Assembly (NCBI GenBank): GCA_000708835.1
Contig: DF237727.1
Location: 1 to 34,308 of the forward strand
Reading direction: 5' to 3'
Origin: Klebsormidium nitens
Lineage: Eukaryota > Plantae > Klebsormidiophyceae
Length of the DNA: 34,308 nucleotides
Under the pieces are notes generated by a model. That model saw only the letters and a program-made list of their open reading frames with translations. It made no database searches and was not told where the DNA came from. Every line of letters begins with the position of its first letter. Positions within the stretch are counted from its first letter, which is position 1. This document shows positions 8,517 to 17,586 of the stretch, piece by piece. The position numbers and the translations under genes were made by a program.

Positions 8517-10415
8517 TCATCCCCAGACTCCTGCTCTCGTGAACTCTGCCGGCCTGCGCTCGCCTCTCGCTATGCTCATACAGATCCAAGCTATGTTGCG
8601 AGCTGCGTTGACGTCTCTATTCCACACTATGCGACACAGCGGGTTCGTACACGCTCGCACGTTGTGGCACGTCTTGTAGCTCGTCCTCCCTCGTCCGTCC
8701 TCGTCCTCTCGACCCCCTCCCTCGGTCACCGTCTGGATCCCATCCTCCGTCACCCGCTGCCTCTTGAGCACGGCGAACTTGCCTACGTCCGAGTGGCACG
8801 TGCTGCACACCTGGCTCGTCCTGAACTCATCTATCATGACCACCGTCGCCTTGTGGTGGCTGCTGAGTCGCCTCTTCACCGACTCGCATGGACCACACTG
8901 CCTCTTGGTCCTGCCCGCACCCACCTGTGCTGCACCAAGAGCCACCACGGTCTTTTTCCCTGCCGTGATTTTCTTGCAGGCTCTGTCCACCTCGATCTGC
9001 TTCTTGATCGTCACTCGCCTTCTAAGCTTTCGGACCCTCCTCGCGGTGTGAAAGCGTACCAGGACGTACAAGTTCGCACAGATGAAGGACACCCTCTTCC
9101 CGAAGTCCTCCAGGCTCAAGGTGTTCCCCGAAGGAGCATTCTCGTTGAAGGCTGCCACATCCAGGTCTCTGGACATCCAGGTGTGCATGAGGAACGTCCG
9201 ATTCTTGAATCCCGCTCGGTGGTAGAAGTCCCTGGTCCCCAGGCTGATGATCTCTTCCTGGCGCTCGATTCCGTCCCAATCGCCGGTCACGGCGATGCCG
9301 GTGAGGAAGTCGGGATGCTTTCCTGGGTCCAATCCCACCACGCGCTGCTTGGGGTGTATATGCACCGCTCGGTCCTCCGGAGGGGGCGTCCTCTTCTCCA
9401 CCAAGAAGTACATGCTTGCGGACACTCCGTCCGTGGTGATCCGATCCGCGAAGGTCTTCCCACCGCTCTCCAGCCGTCCGATGGACGGAAAAGCATCGCG
9501 GAGCTCTCCCGGAGCCTTTCTCTTGCCGCTCTTGGGCTGCAGCTCGAGCCATGTGGTAGGAGTGATCGCGATGAAAGGTGCAGAGAAGGAGGCATGAGGC
9601 ACGAGGGAGAATGACCGCAGCTCTCGGTCCGAGAACTCCTCGCTGATGATCCTCATCCAGGGCACGTAGAGGTGAGGTCTGCTCTGGGGCGCCGCAGGCA
9701 GCGGCCCGACCTCAGGCCTGATGGAGTCGACCAGACCCTGCAGGCACTCGATGGCAGCCTCTGAGATCCTCCCACGAATACGGGGGTACTCCGGCAGCAG
9801 CTCTCGGACGCTCTCGTTCGGGCGCCACAACGTGGCGGTCGTCAGCAGCCGGGTGCACGACTCCACATCCTCGTCCGCGTCCCCGAAGAATGGCACATCT
9901 GGAGAAGCCTCTAGCAGGAGTAGCTTCACGAAGGCCCTGTGTCGTGACTGGAAGAGGACAGAGACGTGATTCTTGATGTTACAGAGGAGTTGGTTGCGGA
10001 GCTCCAGGAGGATGTTGGCGATGCGAGGGAGACAGCTGTTGTTCGGACGGTTGGGGCAGAGGGGGAGGTAGTGGTGGACGAATGTTTCGTGGAGGTCTGG
10101 GTCTGCTTGCGGCTTCTTAGAGTACGTACACTGCATCGCGCGTCCGACCAGGTTCTGGTCGATGACGGGTATGGGCCGTCCCTCATCCAGGAGGCGGATG
10201 AAGTGGAGGTTGAGAAAGAGGCATGTCTCGACTCGGATGCGGGTCACCTCCGGAATGATCTCCTCGATCCGATCTCTTATGCCGCGTTCCTGGCAGAGGA
10301 ACTTCCATCCCGTCTGGACCACGGATGTCTCCTTGTCCTTCCTCAGCGTTCTCCGGAGGGTAATATCTGGGCGCTTCCTCTTTGCCTCCTCGGAGTCATC
10401 TGCCTCTTCGTCCAT
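8517..10415 (-). CDS. Fanzor1 (eukaryotic TnpB-like RNA-guided nuclease), 632 aa, apparently intact
   Basis: RuvC-I VVGLDPG; RuvC-II with Gly at the canonical Glu position (VVALGAA) and the alternative Glu in IDEFRTS; CxxC...CxxxxC zinc finger; RuvC-III WNRDVNAARNI; long N-terminal helical region; KRKRP NLS-like motif. Confidence 0.9.
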   Translation of the reverse strand: MDEEADDSEEAKRKRPDITLRRTLRKDKETSVVQTGWKFLCQERGIRDRIEEIIPEVTRIRVETCLFLNLHFIRLLDEGRPIPVIDQNLVGRAMQCTYSKKPQADPDLHETFVHHYLPLCPNRPNNSCLPRIANILLELRNQLLCNIKNHVSVLFQSRHRAFVKLLLLEASPDVPFFGDADEDVESCTRLLTTATLWRPNESVRELLPEYPRIRGRISEAAIECLQGLVDSIRPEVGPLPAAPQSRPHLYVPWMRIISEEFSDRELRSFSLVPHASFSAPFIAITPTTWLELQPKSGKRKAPGELRDAFPSIGRLESGGKTFADRITTDGVSASMYFLVEKRTPPPEDRAVHIHPKQRVVGLDPGKHPDFLTGIAVTGDWDGIERQEEIISLGTRDFYHRAGFKNRTFLMHTWMSRDLDVAAFNENAPSGNTLSLEDFGKRVSFICANLYVLVRFHTARRVRKLRRRVTIKKQIEVDRACKKITAGKKTVVALGAAQVGAGRTKRQCGPCESVKRRLSSHHKATVVMIDEFRTSQVCSTCHSDVGKFAVLKRQRVTEDGIQTVTEGGGREDEDGRGRTSYKTCHNVRACTNPLCRIVWNRDVNAARNIAWICMSIARGERRPAEFTRAGVWG

Positions 10416-10634
10416 CTGGGAATGTCGTGAGAAATAACGTTTTCTGGTATATATACTCCGAGCGAGATCTCTCTCGGACGGTCGTCCGAATGGGAGATGC
10501 TTCTGGGCTGTCTCTCTTCGGACGCCTGTCGTTTCGACGTGGCGATCTAGAAGCTTCTGGAGCTGGGGTTTCGGACGCTGGCGTCCGAGACGCTTCCATG
10601 ATACTCTTGAGAATCAGTTTTTCCAGAAAACCAG

Positions 10635-10661
10635 GTGTGCCACTTTATTCTGGACAGACTG
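10635..10661 (-). repeat. TIR (5' end of the Fanzor element)
   Basis: GTGTGCCACTTTATTCTGGACAGACTG followed by TA; reverse complement of 7207-7233 with 2 mismatches. Confidence 0.9.
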
Positions 10662-10673
10662 TAGGCGTAGCAT

Positions 10674-11927
10674 ATGGAAAACGCTTCGACGGAATGGTCG
10701 AAAGTCTTGCAAGCAGCTAACAGCGGAGACGGTTTCGCAGTAGATCACTTGGTGGAAGGTAAGCTGAAGGGAATACTCCCTGCGTTCGTAGAGGAGGCTT
10801 TCGAAGAACAGTGTTTTCTCTTCTGGAGTAGGGACGGGGAGTACACCGAGGAGATCAGGGCGGCGTGCACCGCACATGACCCTCTGGAACCAGCGGTACA
10901 GAGAGACGTCGACGTCGTGGTCCTTGATGTGCGCTTCATAGACCCCTCCTCCGCTCACAGATTCTTGGGGATAGGGATGGAAGGAGAGTTTGCGGTGAGC
11001 GTTACTTATCACGCGAAGAGCGCAAAGTCCATACGAGTCCTCATATGGGAGGAGGACAGCAGGGAGGACGGCGAGCTGTACGTCAGGGTACGGGGTTGGG
11101 AGGCGAGCGGTTTCAAGCTCGTCAGAGAGTGGACGCCCAGGACCAGAGTCTCGTCGGCCCGAACGAGGATCTCGTTCGGCAAGCCGGAGAGCGAGAGGCC
11201 GAGCATCCTCTTCAAGGGGAGGTCCGTATGTTACACGATCAAGACCTCGGAGCAGATCCCGCAGAACAAGTCTGCCACCGGCGTCAAGAGGGGAAACGTG
11301 AACCTCACGTTAAGGGTCGGCCTGAGAGAGCCCGTCGTGGGCTCAGAAGACGACCTGGTCGTCATGCGGGTGCAAGCGGAATGTATAGTCGTACCAGAGG
11401 TCGGAAAGGGGGTCAAGAGCGTACGCGTTCGTTCCGTTTGTAAGATCGGGGGCTCGCAAGGATCATGCAGTCTCGTGGACGGCAACTCCGGTCACCAAGA
11501 AGAAGGTGCTACTGACTATTGCAATTGGAAGTACGGGGGAGACGTCTTCGACTGCGGCCGTACTCATCTGATAGACAGCGCGCGCCAGACGCATTCGCTG
11601 CTCAGACCGGACACCCTATGGATGCTATCCAGCAAGGGGCTTCAGGCCGTGACGGTCGCGACGGAGCACGAGATGGGCGAGAGCGAGGGCAAGGTCGGAA
11701 TAAAGGCCAGGCTCTCGCGCCTCTTCTCCGACGAGAGCGGCAACAAGCTGGTGACCTGTAGCAGACACCTCAGGATCTCGGTGGTGAGCGACATGGCTTT
11801 CTTGAACGCTTTGGAAAAAGCATGCATGATGTGTCGGATACGGAAGCAGAACGGCAGCTGGAACAAGACTCACGAGCAGAACGTCCGCGCGAAGAGAGAG
11901 AAGCTGATAGCTTCGGCTAGGTTTTAA
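10674..11927 (+). CDS. Hypothetical viral protein, 417 aa
   Basis: Long ATG-initiated ORF, beta-strand-rich centre, no motif confidently recognised. Confidence 0.7.
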   Translation: MENASTEWSKVLQAANSGDGFAVDHLVEGKLKGILPAFVEEAFEEQCFLFWSRDGEYTEEIRAACTAHDPLEPAVQRDVDVVVLDVRFIDPSSAHRFLGIGMEGEFAVSVTYHAKSAKSIRVLIWEEDSREDGELYVRVRGWEASGFKLVREWTPRTRVSSARTRISFGKPESERPSILFKGRSVCYTIKTSEQIPQNKSATGVKRGNVNLTLRVGLREPVVGSEDDLVVMRVQAECIVVPEVGKGVKSVRVRSVCKIGGSQGSCSLVDGNSGHQEEGATDYCNWKYGGDVFDCGRTHLIDSARQTHSLLRPDTLWMLSSKGLQAVTVATEHEMGESEGKVGIKARLSRLFSDESGNKLVTCSRHLRISVVSDMAFLNALEKACMMCRIRKQNGSWNKTHEQNVRAKREKLIASARF

Positions 11928-12852
11928 GGACCGGTGACGAACGGCTCTTCTGCAACCAAGGGTGTTCCAAGGCCTGCGACGCAGTGAGGCGCCCCTTGAC
12001 ATCTCTCGTGAGCAGATTCTGCAGAAAGTTCTTGGCGTCGTTAGTTATGGCCACCCCGTCGTAGTTTGGACTCTTCGACAGGACCGCCTCGAATACCTCC
12101 GACTCGGTCCTGCCGTAGAACGGTCGTGATCCGACCAGCAGGATGTAAGTCAAGACCCCGATGCTCCACTCGTCAGCTTTCAGATCGTACGCCTTCTTCA
12201 GTACCTCTGGAGCTACGAAGTAAGGACTGCCGACGATGTCGTCCAACACTTCTCGCTCTCCACATAATCCAGAGAGGCCGAAATCGATCGCTTTCAGGAG
12301 CGAGTCCTTTTCTTCGCTGGCGAACAAGAAGTTCTCGGGTTTGATATCCCTGTGGATCACTCCCATGCGATGCATGTATGCGACGGAGCTCAATATCTGC
12401 CAGACGATCGGAATTGCGCTCTCCTCCGAGCAACGTCCTCCGACGTCGAGTATGCGGTCGGCCAAGTCACCACCATGACATAGTTCCATGACTATGTACA
12501 CGTTCATGACATCCTCATAAGCCTCTATAAAGTCGACCACGTTATCATGGCGTTGCAACATGCGTAAGATGGTCACCTCGCGGACTACATCGTCCACTTC
12601 TACCTGACTTGTCATCCTGCGTTTCGGAATGACTTTCACCGCCACTCGCTTTCCTCCAGCAATCTTTTTGGCGATAGCGACGTGCGTCCTTCCGAAACTT
12701 CCACTCCCAATCTCGAGTCCAAGCTCATAATCGTCGTAGAATCTCCTCTTGAAAGAAAACACCTTGTTGTCTATAGTTGGCCTGTGTGGGCTAGGCTGTT
12801 CGACAGGCCCCCGTTCCGTGGATCTATCCGGTGTATTCAGACATTGTCCCAT
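11917..12852 (-). CDS. CDPK-related (CRK-like) Ser/Thr kinase, kinase domain only, intronless
   Basis: GSGSFG, VAVK, HRDIKPENFLF, LKAIDFGLS, DIVGSPYFVAPEVL, GSRPFYGRTESE, ALEHPW. The GGRxSEE and SRPFxxRTES motifs resemble plant CRKs. MGQC acylation motif at the N-terminus. Ends right after the kinase domain. Confidence 0.9.
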   Translation of the reverse strand: MGQCLNTPDRSTERGPVEQPSPHRPTIDNKVFSFKRRFYDDYELGLEIGSGSFGRTHVAIAKKIAGGKRVAVKVIPKRRMTSQVEVDDVVREVTILRMLQRHDNVVDFIEAYEDVMNVYIVMELCHGGDLADRILDVGGRCSEESAIPIVWQILSSVAYMHRMGVIHRDIKPENFLFASEEKDSLLKAIDFGLSGLCGEREVLDDIVGSPYFVAPEVLKKAYDLKADEWSIGVLTYILLVGSRPFYGRTESEVFEAVLSKSPNYDGVAITNDAKNFLQNLLTRDVKGRLTASQALEHPWLQKSRSSPVLKT

Positions 12853-12880
12853 CTCTCTGACATAAAGAACAATATTTTGT

Positions 12881-13839
12881 TCAGTGGAATTGCATGACGA
12901 ATCTCACGTTCTGCATGAGGGCAGCCTTGTGTTGAACTACCGTCCTCTTGCCCTCTCCCCCGTCCTTTGCTTTTTTCTTCACGTCCGAATCGGGCCATCT
13001 CTCCGTCTCCTCGTTCTTGACTCTCGTGGATTCGATCATGTCCTTCTCGATGGCTTGTTTGCTGAATTTCGCATACTCCAAGACTCCGTAATCTATCGCA
13101 AACTTGAAAAAGTTCAGCTGGCAGACGGTGGTGACCAGGCTGTGGATCACGCTGTCCTTTGGGTATTCGTGACGCTTGGCCTCCTCCGGGAAGATCAGCT
13201 TGATCTCCATCCCTTCTTCGCCTCCGATGGTCGTGGTCGGTGCTTTCGGGTTGTTGCGGACGTCGATGATGGGAAAAACGATGCGTTCGCGTCTGTTGAA
13301 CGGGTCGAACTGTCGCTTCGAATATGCCCTCAGCTGGTCTTTGTAGGCGAGAGAAAGGTTCACCGGTCTGCCATCGTGAATGTAGGAGACACCCTTCTTC
13401 TTGGCGTAGTTAGTGACTGCACACGAAGATATCACGCACACCGTTTTACAAAGTGCTGGTTTTCTGACCTCAAATAGGCGGGAGCGCTCGGTTATCTCAT
13501 ATCCCAGCGCTCTCAATCTCTCTATACAGTCTGGATTCAGAGACTCTCTTTTCACTACGGTGAAGCTGTAACAGCCACCTTTCGTAACCTCGTCGAACTG
13601 CCGTACGACCTGGTGGGCATCCATGATCCTGCTAGACCGGTCGTTCCCCGCGTCCCTAAGTAGACTGCTGATCTTATCCGAGAGCAAGAGGAAAAAACAC
13701 ACTCACTCAACCAATCGATGGTCCGGAGGCTCGGGTACCCGGACTTTTGTTGGAGTACATCCAGTAGTGTAGAGCAGTGTGTCGGGTCGTTGTAGTAGAT
13801 CCGCAGCTTCTCCAGCAACAGGTGCTGTTTGTCCGACAT
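12881..13839 (-). CDS. Conserved giant-virus protein split by one intron (exons 13839-13707 and 13416-12881; 222 aa spliced)
   Basis: SLRTIDWL in one frame and TNYAKK...YKDQLRAYSKRQFDPFNRRERI...TTVCQLNFFKFAI...IEKDM in another. These are parts of one family I recognise as conserved in large DNA viruses. Splicing joins them as IDWLITNYAKK. Confidence 0.8.
13417..13706 (-). other. Spliceosomal GT-AG intron, 290 nt, phase 1
   Basis: Donor A|GTGAGT at 13706, acceptor TCTTCGTGTGCAG| ending at 13417. Removal restores the frame and the conserved motif. Confidence 0.75.
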
Positions 13840-14005
13840 GATTTCCGTAGGATGCTGACTCTAGAGAAGTTTTTGAGGGTGCTAGCTGTCATATTGGCAG
13901 ATTGCCCTATATGAACACCACACTCCCGGAGTTGCGTCCGAGCGCGTCTTAGCCCGCGATAAATTTCTCTGTTAAAGTTATATGATAGCAGTCCGAACCT
14001 GACAG

Positions 14006-14896
14006 ATGACTCACTCTAAGCGCACACATGCAGGGGCTACCGTGGATGCGAAGACCTTCGCTACCGGGAAGGACTCCACCTCAGCGGATGTCGTGGTCGA
14101 TGACACCTCGTTCCCACAACTCCCCGTCTCCGAGGAGGTTCGTGGCAGCCCTAAAAAGCATGCCAAGAAGGATGAGAAGCACGCCGCCTCTCCCCGGACT
14201 CCCAAGAGAAAGGACGACACCACGATCCCGCACAAGCATCATAAGAAGGATGACGATTCGAAGCAGGAGACCGTCGTCGTCCCAGAGACCAACGAGGAGG
14301 AAGCGGTGGTGCAGGACACAGAGAAGGACGCTGTCACCCGACGGGCTCGACGGGAGGAAGCGACTGCGGAGGAGACCACGGAGGACGTGACCGCGGAAGA
14401 CCTGGTCGCTGAGGAGGCCCGGAAGGACGAGACGACTGACGAAAAGGGCGAGCTGCTGGAGGTGCCTTCCACGTACACCGCCATGACCGTGGACCGCGCC
14501 GCCATCGAGAACAGCGGAGATCCGGCGGAGCCCGGTGCCATCGCCAATCAGGTGGACGGCGTCCCCAACGTGCAAGCCGTGGCTTACGACCAGCAAGACG
14601 GCATCACAAAGGCCACCAACGTCACCCTGCCGCCCGGTTCTCTGCCGGACATCGTCCCGGGTGTGCCCAACGTGCCCCTCACCTCTCTGCTTGGGACCAA
14701 CACCACCCAGGATCTGGGGGCCATCCCCCTGCCGGATATCATCCCCGGCGTGCCCAACGTTCCCGCTATTGTGGTGACCAATCCGGACGCGGAGCCCGAT
14801 AAGCAGGATACTCGAGGAACCAACGTGGCTGCTACCGCGCAGATCCAGCCCAGCGACGTAGAACTCAAACAGATGCCTCGTTTCGCACAGCAGTAA
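14006..14896 (+). CDS. Low-complexity charged / Pro-rich hypothetical protein with LPDI(V/I)PGVPNVP repeats
   Basis: 296-aa ATG ORF; basic then acidic tracts; two 12-aa repeats near the C-terminus. Confidence 0.7.
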   Translation: MTHSKRTHAGATVDAKTFATGKDSTSADVVVDDTSFPQLPVSEEVRGSPKKHAKKDEKHAASPRTPKRKDDTTIPHKHHKKDDDSKQETVVVPETNEEEAVVQDTEKDAVTRRARREEATAEETTEDVTAEDLVAEEARKDETTDEKGELLEVPSTYTAMTVDRAAIENSGDPAEPGAIANQVDGVPNVQAVAYDQQDGITKATNVTLPPGSLPDIVPGVPNVPLTSLLGTNTTQDLGAIPLPDIIPGVPNVPAIVVTNPDAEPDKQDTRGTNVAATAQIQPSDVELKQMPRFAQQ

Positions 14897-14973
14897 GACA
14901 TCCCGCTCCGACATCCCTAATCCGATAATCCCGCTCGATCGCGGCTACCTCTGGTAGCTGCTTTGGAACGCCT

Positions 14974-15351
14974 TCATCTCTCGTACAGTTTCTCGAGCAT
15001 CCGTCTGTAATGGTCGGGGTCGCGTCGCGGCGGCTTGACCACGTCCTGGCCCGTCGGAAAGATGATCTTCAAGGGCAGGTTGAATGAATGGCAATGCGAT
15101 TCGAGTTTGCCCAGTTGGATCTCCTGGAGCTGCGAGTCCGGATCGAATTGAAAAAGGAACTCATCTGCGTACGCCTTGTCCGAGAACACCATGGCCATAG
15201 GTGGTTCCATGGAAAAATGAGGTGACAACGGTGCCCGTAAGATGTTTTCGTTTCGTCTGAGGACGTAGACATTGTCGGTCCTCTTCAGCAGCGGGAGGCG
15301 AGCGCAAGCCCTCACGGGAGGGTGGGCGAAGGCGAGTGCATGCGATCCCAT
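14974..15351 (-). CDS. Hypothetical viral protein, 125 aa
   Basis: ATG ORF filling the space between neighbouring genes. Confidence 0.55.
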   Translation of the reverse strand: MGSHALAFAHPPVRACARLPLLKRTDNVYVLRRNENILRAPLSPHFSMEPPMAMVFSDKAYADEFLFQFDPDSQLQEIQLGKLESHCHSFNLPLKIIFPTGQDVVKPPRRDPDHYRRMLEKLYER

Positions 15352-15426
15352 AATATACTATAGGCAAGAAAAGAGGTACGATTCGCGATTCTTTTTCCTC
15401 TGAACTCATCGTAGCGAGGGGCCGAG

Positions 15427-16191
15427 ATGAACGGTCCGCAAGACATAGGCGGCCTGGTGGACCGTCTGAGACGGTACGTCACCAAGTATGCAGAGACGGA
15501 TAAAGTGTTTATCAGTGGCCTCAAGGACACTCTGAATGACCTCGACGGTACCACCATTCGCTGGAGGGATGCGTTCAGGGATTGTCAAGCGGTGTGTCGC
15601 AAGCTATCGGAATTGCTAGAGAGTTGGGAAGTGCCCTTGGACATGCTGTCCATAGGTCTAGATCAATTTCGTAACGGCCAAGAGAACTCGGCTATGCGAG
15701 TCTTTAACAGGATTCCCGTCTTCATGTCCGGCCTCTCCAATCTGGAGGAGGATCTCTCGGAACTATCCAGGATCGAGGTGAATGCGAACGCGCTGAAAAA
15801 GGCGGTGAACGGACTCGTCAAGAAGTTGGTGATCAGGATGGTGAAACTACAAGCGCGCTCGGAGAGCCACGCGTGCTTCTGTTGCAAGAGGGTTCCTCAG
15901 AAGACGATAGATGAGATATTAGATGTACTCGTCGACGTGAGCGCTTGCTACAGCTGGCAGTGTAGGAACATCGACAGGTGCATCTCCCGGCTCTGTATAG
16001 CGTACGAGTGCACTACTTCCGTCGCCGACGTCTTTAGAAACTGCGGGTTCAAGGAGGGACGGAGCCTGGATCACATAAGCGAGAACATCATACGGAGCGA
16101 AATCATCACGCAACTCCGGACGACCAGGCTAGCGGTACATCGGGTCATGCAGACCATGACGGACGTGTGCGAGAAACTCGTGGAGAAGTGA
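15427..16191 (+). CDS. Hypothetical helical protein, 254 aa
   Basis: ATG ORF in tandem with 16226. Confidence 0.7.
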   Translation: MNGPQDIGGLVDRLRRYVTKYAETDKVFISGLKDTLNDLDGTTIRWRDAFRDCQAVCRKLSELLESWEVPLDMLSIGLDQFRNGQENSAMRVFNRIPVFMSGLSNLEEDLSELSRIEVNANALKKAVNGLVKKLVIRMVKLQARSESHACFCCKRVPQKTIDEILDVLVDVSACYSWQCRNIDRCISRLCIAYECTTSVADVFRNCGFKEGRSLDHISENIIRSEIITQLRTTRLAVHRVMQTMTDVCEKLVEK

Positions 16192-16225
16192 GGCAAAATT
16201 CTTTATGAGTTAGTAGGTATGCGAG

Positions 16226-16798
16226 ATGGACTTTCAGAGGACCCCGGTCGAGCGATTCTGCCCCGTCGTCCCTCTCTACAAGGTCGACTCGTTCCCCGTG
16301 GGGGTGGCGACGCAGAGCCCGCTCGTGACGAACGCTCAGCAATACACGAGGCTTCCTCTCGACAAGGAGAAACTCTTCGTGTACAGAGAACCCACTTTTC
16401 AAGAAGAGAACGTGTTTCAATCGCTAAAGCAGCGACCCATGGAGTTGCATTATGAGTTCTTTGGCAACACGAACGTGGTCCGGTTGCATGCAGAACTGAC
16501 GAAGCGTGTAAGAGAACAGACGGGTTACACCATAGACCGGCAATCAGACGAGACGTTGAGCATCATCATGCGTTACATATTCGAAGAGAACGCTCTGCAT
16601 CAGCCGCACGATATACCAGGCCAGGTAGCCGCTCTGAACGAGTTGGTCCTCGCCACCATAGTGCCCATGGCCGTCACTCGCATCAAGATGCATCTCGCAT
16701 ACCTGAAAGACATCACCACTCTTCCGGAACCATTAGCCCGAGCGGTCAACACCAGCACCATCGGCACGGCCGGTCTGGAGATGAAGCGATACATCTGA
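16226..16798 (+). CDS. Minor capsid protein P8-like (DUF5761-type) giant-virus protein
   Basis: FFGNTNV......V...TGYTIDRQS...L.IIMR.IF.....Q..ALN..VL......YLKDI..LPEPL..AVNTS..G pattern, recalled as the P8 central-region family of algal giant viruses. Confidence 0.7.
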   Translation: MDFQRTPVERFCPVVPLYKVDSFPVGVATQSPLVTNAQQYTRLPLDKEKLFVYREPTFQEENVFQSLKQRPMELHYEFFGNTNVVRLHAELTKRVREQTGYTIDRQSDETLSIIMRYIFEENALHQPHDIPGQVAALNELVLATIVPMAVTRIKMHLAYLKDITTLPEPLARAVNTSTIGTAGLEMKRYI

Positions 16799-16807
16799 GT
16801 CTAGTGG

Positions 16808-17320
16808 TCAAAGATCGATATCTACTCTCTCCAAGTTACTCAGAACTTTGTCGAGTCTCTTGCGTAGCTTTCTCATTCGGGCTACATCTACCTGATCCAT
16901 GATCCGAATGAAACGCTCTACGAGTCTTCTGATCCTCGCCACGTCTTCGACAGAGAAGTTTGGAGAACGCGTCAGAGGCGGCACCAGAGGGTCGGCACAA
17001 TCACAAAAGTACAGGCTCTTCAGGCGAACTTCCGATCCATCTACCCAGCACTCGCTGCTCAGGTCTGTTGGCAGATCCTCGAACATCTCTTCGTCCAAGA
17101 GCCACCCCAACGAGCTCAATGAGGCTTCGAAATGAAAGAGATTCAAATACACGGCACGATGTGCACTATCTTTCGTCTTCTTGGTTCCCTTGTCCCTCGG
17201 GAACGAGTTCAGGATGGTGGCGAGCTCCTTCGTCGCCGCGGCGAACTCCTTCGCCTGCGTCATATGATGTCGGATCTTCTCGGCTTCCTGGGGAGTGGTT
17301 TCCTTGCGTGAGTACTTCAT
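16808..17320 (-). CDS. Hypothetical protein, 170 aa
   Basis: ATG ORF convergent with 16226. Confidence 0.6.
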   Translation of the reverse strand: MKYSRKETTPQEAEKIRHHMTQAKEFAAATKELATILNSFPRDKGTKKTKDSAHRAVYLNLFHFEASLSSLGWLLDEEMFEDLPTDLSSECWVDGSEVRLKSLYFCDCADPLVPPLTRSPNFSVEDVARIRRLVERFIRIMDQVDVARMRKLRKRLDKVLSNLERVDIDL

Positions 17321-17404
17321 CGTCGTAGGTGGACTGAATGCTCGTTTCGCAAAGTCGATGCAGCGAGCTTTGGATGAAATGCTCGCCTTATGTACAACTA
17401 CCTT

Positions 17405-17528
17405 TCGGACGCCGAAGAGTCGAAAAATGGCGTCCGATTCGGGCGCTCTTTAGGTCCTCTCACCATTTCGGGCGCCGATAGGACCTGAAGAGCGATCGTT
17501 TGATTTTCGGTCTGGCTTTTCGGACGCC
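17405..17528. promoter_or_regulatory. Cluster of five TCGG(A/G)CGC(C/T) motifs in a divergent intergenic region
   Basis: Copies at 17405, 17429 (reverse), 17439, 17468 and 17520, between divergent genes 17320(-) and 17587(+). Confidence 0.45.
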
Positions 17529-17586
17529 GGTCTCACAGTTACATAAGCAGCCCTTCTCGAACACTTCCTTCACACATCTCGCAGAC

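Larger units (their letters stand above)
7207..10661 (-). mobile_element. Fanzor1-carrying TIR element with TA target-site duplication (Tc1/mariner-like ends), no transposase
   Basis: 27-bp TIRs at 7207-7233 and 10635-10661 (2 mismatches), CAGT termini, TA at 7205-7206 and 10662-10663. Spans a 20-N gap, so the two halves may be two different copies. Confidence 0.8.

Noticed and set aside
5957-9614. Long ORFs 5957-7240(-), 7472-8293(+) and 8454-9614(+)
   Set aside because: Antisense shadows of the papain-fold gene and the Fanzor copies; no motifs of their own.
10674-11927. CYTH-type RNA triphosphatase (capping) resemblance
   Set aside because: Only a vague beta-strand pattern; the metal-binding ExExK-type motifs are not identifiable.
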